In this document: positions 30,501 through 42,000 of the stretch, piece by piece
Layout: each line of letters starts with the position of its first letter
Numbering within the stretch: the first letter of the stretch is position 1
Assembly: GCA_001938485.1 (NCBI GenBank)
Contig: MQRK01248872.1
Coordinates: 1 to 64,000, forward strand
Length of the DNA stretch: 64,000 nt
Source: Girardia tigrina
Lineage: Eukaryota
Reading direction: 5' to 3'
The notes under the pieces: model-generated
Told to the model about the DNA's origin: nothing
The model's database searches: none
The model's input: only the letters and a program-made list of their open reading frames with translations
Position numbers and translations under genes: made by a program

Positions 30501-32881
30501 CTCTTAAACCTTTCTTGTATTGAGGGGGAAGAAAGATTTATTTATACATTTAAAATATGCTGTTCAAAAAACTCAAAATTTTTACTTTTTACATAAAAGA
30601 AGAGACTTTTGTCAAAGGAATAAAAAACAATATATTTCTCCAAATTTCTGATCTTCAGAAAAAAACAGTCTGGTCAAAGATTCTACATCTGAGGACTAAA
30701 AATAAGTTGAATTATTAAATTATTTTACAAATAAAATAGGGAAAAATATTATTTCTTCTTTTCTAATTAACATAACTGTTCGAATCAGGCAGCAATAAAA
30801 CTTGTTTCCATTTCTACATAACTCGTTATTATACCCTATCAAAATACTTAATATAAATATAAAAAGATAAATTAGATAGATTATTTTTGTTATATTTTAT
30901 CGTCGTGTTTCCTCTTTTTTTATACTAGCAAAAAACTCTTCTTTTATATATTAATTACTATTTTTTCTAATATATCTCATTTTATAATATTAATTGATGT
31001 TTATATATTATTAATATAAACACAATTAAATTTAATTATTTCATATCACCTAAAATAATAATAATTAATACTATTAATTAGTTAGGTTTACCAAAAAATA
31101 TTATATTATATATATACATTTATTTATTAAAGCATTTTTTTTAAAAAATCAACGTTTGATATGTTTTGATCACAATCTTTGATCATCTTCAGTAACTTTA
31201 TTTGTGTTGTAATTTATTTTATTTTTATCGTTATTTTTTTCAATTTTAATGGTTAATATTGTATTTATTTTTTTCTATTTTATATAAAGGTATTTAATAT
31301 TGAGGCTGCTTTCCTTTTCCCATTTGGGATGTTAATCAATGGGTTAAAGTGTCTTATTAGCAATGATTTCCAATACAACCTCTCATAATGTGAATCAAAA
31401 TTCTTCTTAGAAATTGATGAAGTTTTATCTTTGCAACATTTGCATTGAAGAGGAATCTCACTCGATCTACTCGACTGTGAGTGTACACTAATCAGTGTTT
31501 TGAGATGACGATTTGTCTCTATAACATTTAAATATCAACTAAAGCAGATTAACCAGATTAGCTTTCCATTTCATTTTTGAATTTCACTGTTTTAACACTT
31601 TTTTAATATTATCGATATTTTTATAAATGTTATTCTTAAATCTTCTGAAACCTTCTGAATGAGGAATTTTTATAATTTTAACGCGCTCCTCATCATCCTC
31701 CTTGGTCTTGTTAAAGTGGATTCTATCTGGCATCAATTTAATATTAATTCAATTTTTTATTCGGATACATATTATTATTCAAACGTTTTATAAAGTATGT
31801 CGAATGCACTTGCAAATGTTGAGAAAAGATTCAATATTCTTTTAATTAAACCTTTGATCATACTTTCTTTTTATCTCTCTTCGCAGTAATATTGTATAAA
31901 GTTGTGTATCTATTACCTTTCTGTACTAATATGTTTCATAATTATCATTCATTCTTTTAACAAAAACATCCGAAATTATGTAGTAAAGTTAATATTATTA
32001 TGAATGGAGTTCATGAAGTTCAGAAATAGTTCTATGTGGACTTTGTTTTGGAGAACCAAGAAAATATCATCCACATATCTTTTATAAACAGAAGTTATTT
32101 CACCAATAAATGTATCCATGTGACTTTAAATATTAACCAATAATATTGAGCTTTAATATTATTTTATTAAAAATAGTTTAGATATCATGCTTGCCTTAAT
32201 ATTACTGGTTTTTTTATTTTATGCTCTTTTATGCTAGAAAATTCAACAATAACTGCGTAGGTATATCTTAGATTGTTACAAGAGAGGTTGTTGCGAGCTA
32301 TGCAAAAGTCTCAATGTGATAAATTTCAACACTACAACTAAACCAGGTTGAGGTACTAGGCCCCAGGCCTGACAGTTCACCTGACCTGAATCCTATAGAG
32401 AACTGCTGAGCGACACTCAGAAATAAGGTAACTGCTGTTTCGACCGACATCCTGGAACGATTTGAAAGAAAGAATCACTCAATTATGGTGCAGCAAAATC
32501 ACACCTTGAATAACACGTACAAAATATTAAAATGTAAAACGTTGGAATTGTTGTTTATCGTTGTATACTCAATATTTTGTGGAAAAATTATAACATCAAA
32601 TACGAGTTTTTACCATTCCTTCACAAAAGAAATATATTTTCCAAAAAACCGTAATATGATGGCAAGCGTGGTTGAAAATTACATGCAATTACAATTGTTG
32701 AAAAGAATTACATCATACGTCTCAAAAACATGCTTTTTTGCTTTTTTTTAAAAAAAAATATAGTTTTTCAACTATATAAATAGTAATTAATCTCTTTATT
32801 TCATTACACTGAAGATGCCGAAATGGTGAAACGCGTTTGTATTGGGAATAAATTTAATATTCAAAAATGGCCTTTGTTTGC

Positions 32882-32925
<44 letters not shown>

Positions 32926-32975
32926 NNNNNNNNNNNNNNNNNNNNNNNNNNNNNNNNNNNNNNNNNNNNNNNNNN

Positions 32976-33011
<36 letters not shown>

Positions 33012-36000
33012 TATTATTGATTTAAAAAATGAAATTTTTCCAAATTAAATTAAAACAAATATTTAAATTATGTTTTCTCTTTTAATAAATAATACGAAAA
33101 ACTCGATTAACAGGTGCCAATAGTGTTTTTTTGTTAATTAATTATACACATTAATGAATTCCAATAATAAATAATAATATAAAGAAAATAACACTTGGTG
33201 TTTTAATTAATGCGAACATGGTTTCGACGAAAGGCAATTCTGTGGCAATGTTATGAAACATTAATTAGCAAAATCTAGAAAATTAAAGACATTGACACAG
33301 AGACTTTATCGCGCCGCAATATCAGTTTTGTTTTGCATCTCTCCAATATTATTAATGAAAACCGATGCATTAAAACAACAAAATCCACGAACACACCAAC
33401 AGCACCGGTTGAAGTATTCCATAACAAGTAAAGAAGGGAATTTTTCAAGCTAATTATATATAAAATAGGAATATCAAACTTAGTTTTTCGTTTTGTTTTT
33501 TAATCTCCATTGCTGTATTGATAGACCGGTAAAAATTGGCATGTCAATGATAATAAACGGCACCGAAACAGACAATTTTTGGATGAAGATGTAAGAATGG
33601 CAGAAGTATGGAGGATAAATTAAAACAGTTGTAGGTCGAACAGATGGAATAATTATATAACAAAACCAACAAATAATTATATTTATATTTATTTATGTAC
33701 GTATAATGCAACAAGTAAACTGGAGAAATTTCCGATGGGACCGTCGATAAAAAAAAATTTTTTAATGTTTCAGTTATCATTATTTATATTAAAAAAATAA
33801 TTTTTAATTGAGGTATCAAAGAAGTTTCAATTTATCATTAAGTTTATTAAGTTAATTTTAGAATAATAAATTTTAAGCATGCAATGTGAATTGTTATGGT
33901 TTACTTTTAAAGACACTTATTCAAAATATATATTTACTTAATTTATTTATTCGATTTAATATATTTACAAAATTATACAAAAACAATGATTTAAATTAAA
34001 TATATTTATTAAAGTAATTATTGATTCAAAGTAAAAGCCGAACAGGAAGAAGGTTAATTAATAAAATTACTATGAATTTTTAATTATTTATTTATATAAA
34101 AGCGAATATCTGCACGTGCAGACTCAAAAACTATCAAACGATTGATACCAAACTTTGTAAAAGTTTTGTAATCAGCATCAAGATGGTTTCTGTTAAAAAA
34201 TAGAATAAAAATTGTGTGAAGTGGTTGCAACATCAATATCAGAATTCCTTTTTAACGCCAAAATTTATTAATATATTAACAATTCACATATTTAAACAAA
34301 TTTTTCTGTTAATTTAATTATCTCGCCACAGATTAATCTATTAAATTTTTTTCGATTCAATTTTTAAAATCTTGCAAATTTATTAAATAATTTTCTCATT
34401 AAAACTAAAATTTATTTAAATTTCTTTTATAACTTTTATTAAAATATATAAATTGTTATGACTGTAAAAATATTTTTATTTATAAATAAATATTTAATGG
34501 TTTTCTTATCATTTTTAATTTTAAGATATTTAATAGATATATTAAAAAGATATTTTTTATTTTTAAATAGATATTTAATTTTTTTTATGATTTTCTTTTA
34601 TATCATTTACAATTTTAAAATATTTTATAAGCATATTAACATTAAAATATTTTACCTTTTAAATTAAAAAAAATAATAAATTATTCTGGCGAGTTGCAAA
34701 TTTAAATTAAACCCTCATAAAAAAATGTTTAAAAATTAATTTTTCTACCTATAACTGTTTTTCTTAATTTTTGCTATGTGGTCTAATTATTTGAAGAGGT
34801 ATACCTCAAAGATATACGTGGCGATGATACTGATACACAACTGAGATAAGAAAATTATGGAATTTATTTTTTGTATCGGTCCAGTGGTGATGGAGCGAAA
34901 ATCAGAAATCCATTGTTTTTGTTTTTTGTATATGGATTCACATTGCAACGACACATGGACACAAGTGTGATACGAAAAGAACCGGCATTACTAGTCAAGT
35001 ATCCCAGTACCAGACTGCGCTTGTTTTGATCTACCGTTGTGGAGTTTTATTGATAAAGGACCATTGTCAATGAAATCACCTCGGTCTCCGTTACCCGTTA
35101 ACCATCAATTTAAAAATCATTTTACTTGCAAAGGAAAGGTAATTCAAAACGGTATATCGATTTTTCCAGTATGACAATCCATTGAGCAGTAAATTTTGAT
35201 TTTCACCTGTTTTTAATTTAGCTGCAGATTTCCCACATCAGTTTGGAGGTTTTTATATGAAAAAAGTACATTGATATCATATACCATTTCCAAGCCATTA
35301 GTATAATTTTCCAAACCAATAGTATAATTTTCTAAATCATATACATTAAATTCGATACGAATGGAAGCCTTTGTCCCCCGAAATGAGAACGTTCATTCCA
35401 ATCCCCTCCGGATAAATCCCGTGGTCGATGAGTCATTGGGACCGAAATGATTTACTTGACGACGTTCCTTTTATTGATATAACTGGACTGTGAGTGTTCA
35501 CTAATCCGTGTTTTGAAATGGCGATTTGTCTCTCCAATTAACGAATAAATGTGGCAATTAAATGTATAAACCAGATTAGCTTTTCCTAAATTATGAATTT
35601 TGGGTTTCAATGTAAGGTAATGTCTTGCATGTTGTGGATATTATTTAACTAAATTCTCTATATTTTTATAAATGTTATTCTTAAATATTCTGAAACCTTC
35701 TGAATTAGCAATTTTAATAACTTTAACGTCTTTGCCTTTCATTCTCCTTCCTCGTTTTGTTAACATGGATTCTATCAATAGCATCAATTTAGTAATTTTC
35801 TTTACTTGTTTATAAAAAATAATAAAATATTAACCAATAAAATTAAAAAAACTATCAAAATAAAAAATAATAAAAAATAAAATAAATTACAAAAACAAAT
35901 AAAGTTGCTAAAGATGATTAAAGATTGTGATCAAAATATGTCCAAAGTACCAAATATATATACAAATAAATTATTTTATATAAAAATATATTTTTATAAT

Positions 36001-39000
36001 ATCATTTATTTAATATTATTTAATATATAATAATATAATATTATTTATAATATAATATTATAATATAATATGATTTATTTCGTGATATGTTCAGTAATAA
36101 ATCTCCCACTCCTCTCGGTTTGTGCTCCGATCTTGTTTATAAATATACATGTAATGGGTGTAACGCCACATACATTGGAGAGACATCTCGTCATCTCTGT
36201 GAACGGATCAAAGAGCATTGTCGGTTGGATAATGGGAGCAATATTGCCGAACATTATTTAAAATGCAAAAAGAAAATCGGAGAAAATGATTTTAAAATTC
36301 TGTGTAATCGATTTAAAAATTACTGGGAGAGAGTAACGTATGAGGCCTTATTAATAAGATCCATGGATCCGAAAATTAATATTCAAGCTTCACACTCAAC
36401 TTCTCTGTTAAACATTTTCAAATAGAGCCTTTATTACATGATTGATTATACAATCACCTTCTCATATATAAGCTGCAAAAAGCCAGTGTTAATTTAGTCT
36501 GAAGATGGCGGGTAATCCGCCGAAATTAATTACGAAAATAAATTTTTAAAAATGGCGTTCACTTTTTAATAATGAATATCAATTGCCATTATTTTTTACA
36601 TTTCTTAGTAAATATTATTTATTTATTTATTATTTTTTTAAAAATAAAATATTCATATTAATTTAAAGAAAATACTCAATAATAAAAATATTATTAATAA
36701 ATTTAAAATCGGAAATTATATTTATTGAATTTATGAAATTTATTTCTATTTTTCTCTTTTATCGTTCGAATTTCAATTAATTTACAAAACGATGTCTAAT
36801 TTTTTTCGTTTTCTCTTTATTAATTTCGTATTTATTTTTAATTAAAAAATGTCAGGAATTATTTTATCTTATTACGAAAAAAAAAATAAAATTGATAATA
36901 ATTTTCTATCACACACAAAATTTTGTTTAAATTGATAAATTTTTATTTGAAAAAAATATTTCAAATAGGAAAATGATTAAAGAGAAATAATTTATTTTTT
37001 TCGTATAAATATTTGATGGATTTAATTGTCACATAAATCGAAACCGTTTTTTTTTGTAACCAAAAAAAACTTTAAACGATTTTGTTTGAAAAGAATCGTT
37101 CTTTTTTTCTAAAATAAAAATCGATTTTATTTGAGATATTTATCTTTTTTTCTGATTTAAATAAAAAACACAATTTCCTTTTCCATATTTATTGACGGAT
37201 ATTTAAAATTTTGGACAAATAAACAGATCGTTTTCGATGCAACACATTCAACAAGTTTCTTCTTTCCAAGAAAAAAAACCTTTCATAAAATGCATTAATT
37301 TATTTTTATTAAACAGCGGAAATTTGGCTGAGTTTTATATTTTTTCTGTAAGTTTTTTGATCATCACAAAAGTAATACCCGGCGGTTTTCCTTTTCGTTT
37401 AGCAAATACATATATATACATAGTTTTTGTTTTAACAAAATGAGAATTTTATTTTTTTTATATTTTATAAAAATAATATATAGTTCGACTTATTAGTGCT
37501 TCTTTTTATTTGAAGTCAATTAATTTTATTATAATTATATGTTTTTCTTTTGTTTAGTGAAACTGGGTCATTTACTTTGGACGTCAAATTATAGGTCGGG
37601 TTGATAAATAAGTCATGATGCTTTTATACACATTGGACATATATAGGGTACATGTTCGACGCCAAAAGTGTGGAGCTTGAGTCATGCTTGGCATGCAGTC
37701 CCATATCTATTGACTTTCCTTGACCAGCACTCATGAGAATATATTCCACTGAACACCATTGTCCAGGGGATCTATCGAGCCCGCAAATTTGCTCAGAATC
37801 GCGGAGACTTCGTCCTTTAGCGCTGCCTTGAAGAAAGCATTATAATCATCAATTTGATTTGCGTCAATTAACGTAAGCGGCTGGCACTTGGTATAATGAC
37901 TCCTAAACTAAAAAACTGTTCTTTTTTTAAATGCACAGTAAATGAATCATTGTCAATTTTATTTTAGTCACAAAAACTCAAAACGTATGACTGACTCGGC
38001 TGTTTTAGTTTTAAAGATCTTGGAATTCTAAAACTTCGTTGGTGATTTGTTCCTATCGTCTCAATCGTTGAAAAATCGATTCGAAACTGTTTGAATGGCC
38101 TCAATTTATGCAGGATGTATACTCGTTCGTCCTTTTAAATACTTGTTGGTTTCTATGTGGATATGGAAGGTTTTTTGGAAATTATAAGGCTTGCTTTTGT
38201 TGTTAAAACATTCTTTGTGTTTATACTATTAAAAGTAAATACAAAGTTTTGTATGTTAAAACAAGGTTATACAAGAATATAACAGTTCAATTATTATCAA
38301 AAAGAAAGTTTTTCTTTTTAAATATTTTTAAAAAATCTTTTATTAATTTATATTTGAGGAAATCTGGAATGTGGGGAAGTAAGCAAATCTAAGGGATAAA
38401 ACAATTTTACCGTTATTTGATGGCGTCTGGGAGTTGTAGGGGCCTCCATCACACCCGCGCACGACGCGGACCGATATGGTCGGGAAGGAAGTCACAGGAC
38501 TATGAGTGATGTAGAGGAAGTCCATTAATTGATTTATTGATCGATTTATGTATTATTAAATAATATTGCAAATCGATTCAAAAATCGCAAAAAACTCGAG
38601 AATAAGAGAAAATTTCCATGATTTATAGAACAAATATATTTTTTTACAAAGATATCAAATCCTTTCGAATTGGCACAATCACTGAGACAATATTTAAACA
38701 ATTGTTATTTTCAGATCGAAATGTTATTTGGAAACAAATAACAAATAATAAGTAATTTTAACAGAGATACAATCAGTCAAAACTTCAATAAGTCGAAGAA
38801 CTCCGTAGAATGTTGATAGATTTGGGAGTTTTGTTTTAGTCAGGAAAAGATTGTCGAGTAAAAGTTATGAGTTATTTCCGTGATGATAATGGATCGTCGA
38901 AGGTATTTATAATTCGGATAATCAATTCGTATTATTTCAATTCTTGGTAAGAGATAGCAACAAAATAATTAGTTCATTTGTGGAAAAGTAAGTTTTTTAA

Positions 39001-42000
39001 TTCCGAAGAATAATTGTATAATAATAATTATTATAATTTTGAAATTGATATTTTTTTAATTTGAAATTTAATATTCCCTTATCAATATACCTAAGAGAAT
39101 TTAATCTAATATATATATTTGTTATAAATCGTTTATGATCTATAGACTTAGAGAATATATGAATAGGAGTTTGATTATAATTAATCCCCAAAATAAAAAA
39201 AGTTATATCAAAAAGAATTATAGATTATAGTTGTTTTTTAATGAATTTATATTAACAAGCTTTTAACGCCACTATATACAAAATAAACGCCAACGTCTAA
39301 ATATGGTAATACGCTTGATATTAGGTTGTTCGATATGAAACGGGTCAAAATTAAAGTAAAATGTAAATCGATTTTTTTTAAATAATAACATTTTATTTTT
39401 AATCAAAATATCCCCCCATGTTGTCAACACACNNNNNNNNNNNNNNNNNNNNNNNNNNNNNNNNNNNNNNNNNNNNNNNNNNNNNNNNNNNNNNNNNNNN
39501 NNNNNNNNNNNNNNNNNNNNNNNNNNNNNNNNNNNNNNNNNNNNNNNNNNNNNNNNNNNNNNNNNNNNNNNNNNNNNNNNNNNNNNNNNNNNNNNNNNNN
39601 NNNNNNNNNNNNNNNNNNNNNNNNNNNNNNNNNNNNNNNNNNNNNNNNNNNNNNNNNNNNNNNNNNNNNNNNNNNNNNNNNNNNNNNNNNNNNNNNNNNN
39701 NNNNNNNNNNNNNNNNNNNNNNNNNNNNNNNNNNNNNNNNNNNNNNNNNNNNNNNNNNNNNNNNNNNNNNNNNNNNNNNNNNNNNNNNNNNNNNNNNNNN
39801 NNNNNNNNNNNNNNNNNNNNNNNNNNNNNNNNNNNNNNNNNNNNNNNNNNNNNNNNNNNNNNNNNNNNNNNNNNNNNNNNNNNNNNNNNNNNNNNNNNNN
39901 NNNNNNNNNNNNNNNNNNNNNNNNNNNNNNNNNNNNNNNNNNNNNNNNNNNNNNNNNNNNNNNNNNNNNNNNNNNNNNNNNNNNNNNNNNNNNNNNNNNN
40001 NNNNNNNNNNNNNNNNNNNNNNNNNNNNNNNNNNNNNNNNNNNNNNNNNNNNNNNNNNNNNNNNNNNNNNNNNNNNNNNNNNNNNNNNNNNNNNNNNNNN
40101 NNNNNNNNNNNNNNNNNNNNNNNNNNNNNNNNNNNNNNNNNNNNNNNNNNNNNNNNNNNNNNNNNNNNNNNNNNNNNNNNNNNNNNNNNNNNNNNNNNNN
40201 NNNNNNNNNNNNNNNNNNNNNNNNNNNNNNNNNNNNNNNNNNNNNNNNNNNNNNNNNNNNNNNNNNNNNNNNNNNNNNNNNNNNNNNNNNNNNNNNNNNN
40301 NNNNNNNNNNNNNNNNNNNNNNNNNNNNNNNNNNNNNNNNNNNNNNNNNNTGGAACTCATATTTCATTAAAATTCTGATTTCACTGATTTCCATTGCGCT
40401 GTTTGATTGTTTTTTGACAAGAAACTATTCAATATATTTGAAATTAAATAATTGATTTTTAAAGAGGAATAATATATCTGTCAAGAAATACCTTATTTAT
40501 TTTCATACGATAGTTCAAAGTTAAGTTATACGCGATTGAAATGTAAGGTGTGAAGTTTGACCCGTTTCATATCGAACAACCTAATAGATAAAATATTGTA
40601 ATCGTTTTCTAGGAGGCTTTAAATATTGAAAGCACTATTATAGGAATGATTTAAATACTCTTGAAAAAAATTTTGGATCGTAAGAATTAATATAAAACTG
40701 ATCCGTATTTCCGATAATAGAACTTAAAGTTATATGTAATTTGATGGATTGGAAACGATAATCGGAATTTAGTAGGATTGATAAATAAATTATTATTACT
40801 TGTATAGACCAAATGACGAAAATAAATATCGATAAAAATATTAAATGGATACGAAATTCAGAAATATTTGATAATTGTCGGGTACTCGAAAAAACGTAAT
40901 CTAATGTTAGGATTTGACTTTTGCCCTTCTTTATCACTTTAGTTTCTGTGTTAAATATGTTTTATTCATCCGAATAAATTATTAATGAAATTTCTTTAAT
41001 GTTTGCTTCTTCCGATTAAAGAAAATAAATAAAAAATGAGCAAAGACTGAATTTTGTTCTTGGATTTTCCTAGTAAAAAGTATAGTGTATCTGAAATTTG
41101 AAAGAAAAAAATTCCATTAAAATTTCTGTCAAAAATTCGATTAATAAAAATTAGAATTTAATCACTCGATTTTCCATATGAGCAAAACTCGAAAATATAC
41201 AATAAATTCCGATGCTGAAATAACATCACCAAAATTATCCTGGACGATTGTGCCGAAAAATAGGTTTGTTTTATTTATTATTAACTTTGTACACGTTTAA
41301 AAAAATATCATTTCTACTAGCTGCGATTCGGATATATGAAACGGATCCTACAAGATTTTTAGGACGATAAAAAGTCGTAATAAAATCAAGTAAGTTTTTA
41401 ATACTCATAAATATCGATTTTTTATTAAAATTTTCTTTAAGTGTTATTTACAATAAAAATTTTTCTTTAAATAAAATTGATAATTAAAATATTTTTTCTT
41501 TTGTAAGAATAAATATTAATTAAGGAGCATTACAATATATATATAATATAATTATGCATAAATATAATTAATTTATATAATAAAAAATAATGTGACCCGT
41601 CTATTTGTGTCCGCCTAATGAAAGGCTCAATAGACGTAACTGACAATCAAAATACCGGAAAATATTGATAAATAAAAGAAATAAATAATCATATAATAAA
41701 AATGAAGAAAGATTTTTAAATTAAATAAAAATAACTATATAAATGATGTCAGAAAAAAATACCAAAAGAAATAATGGTAAGATGTATTTGTACAGTACAC
41801 ATTAGAGAGATCATCCTCTAAAATAGGGGAATTTTTAAAGAGGGAGGTACTGAAAATACTGAATTAAGAGGATATATTTCAATTTTCGAATAAAATATGT
41901 CAATGAAAAAATAAAGTGAGGATAGAGCATCATAAACCATAACCGAAGCTTTAAAAGCGATTAGTCTTACTATATCTATTCAGATTGTAACTATACGTAT

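Noticed and set aside
35424-35460. TCGATGAGTC...GACCGAAA hammerhead-like string
   Set aside because: The core is wrong (TCGA rather than CTGA) and stems I and III do not pair.
39272-40455. Long ORFs of 331-362 aa in the ORF track
   Set aside because: These are artefacts of the N gap. Only the frame 40394-39399 has real (mariner) termini.
40640-40960. Possible integrase remnant (IITCIDQMTK)
   Set aside because: One weak motif among many stops, so it cannot be supported.
41598-41636. Small hairpin CGTCTATT/AATAGACG containing CTAATGA
   Set aside because: Single copy and lacking ribozyme topology.
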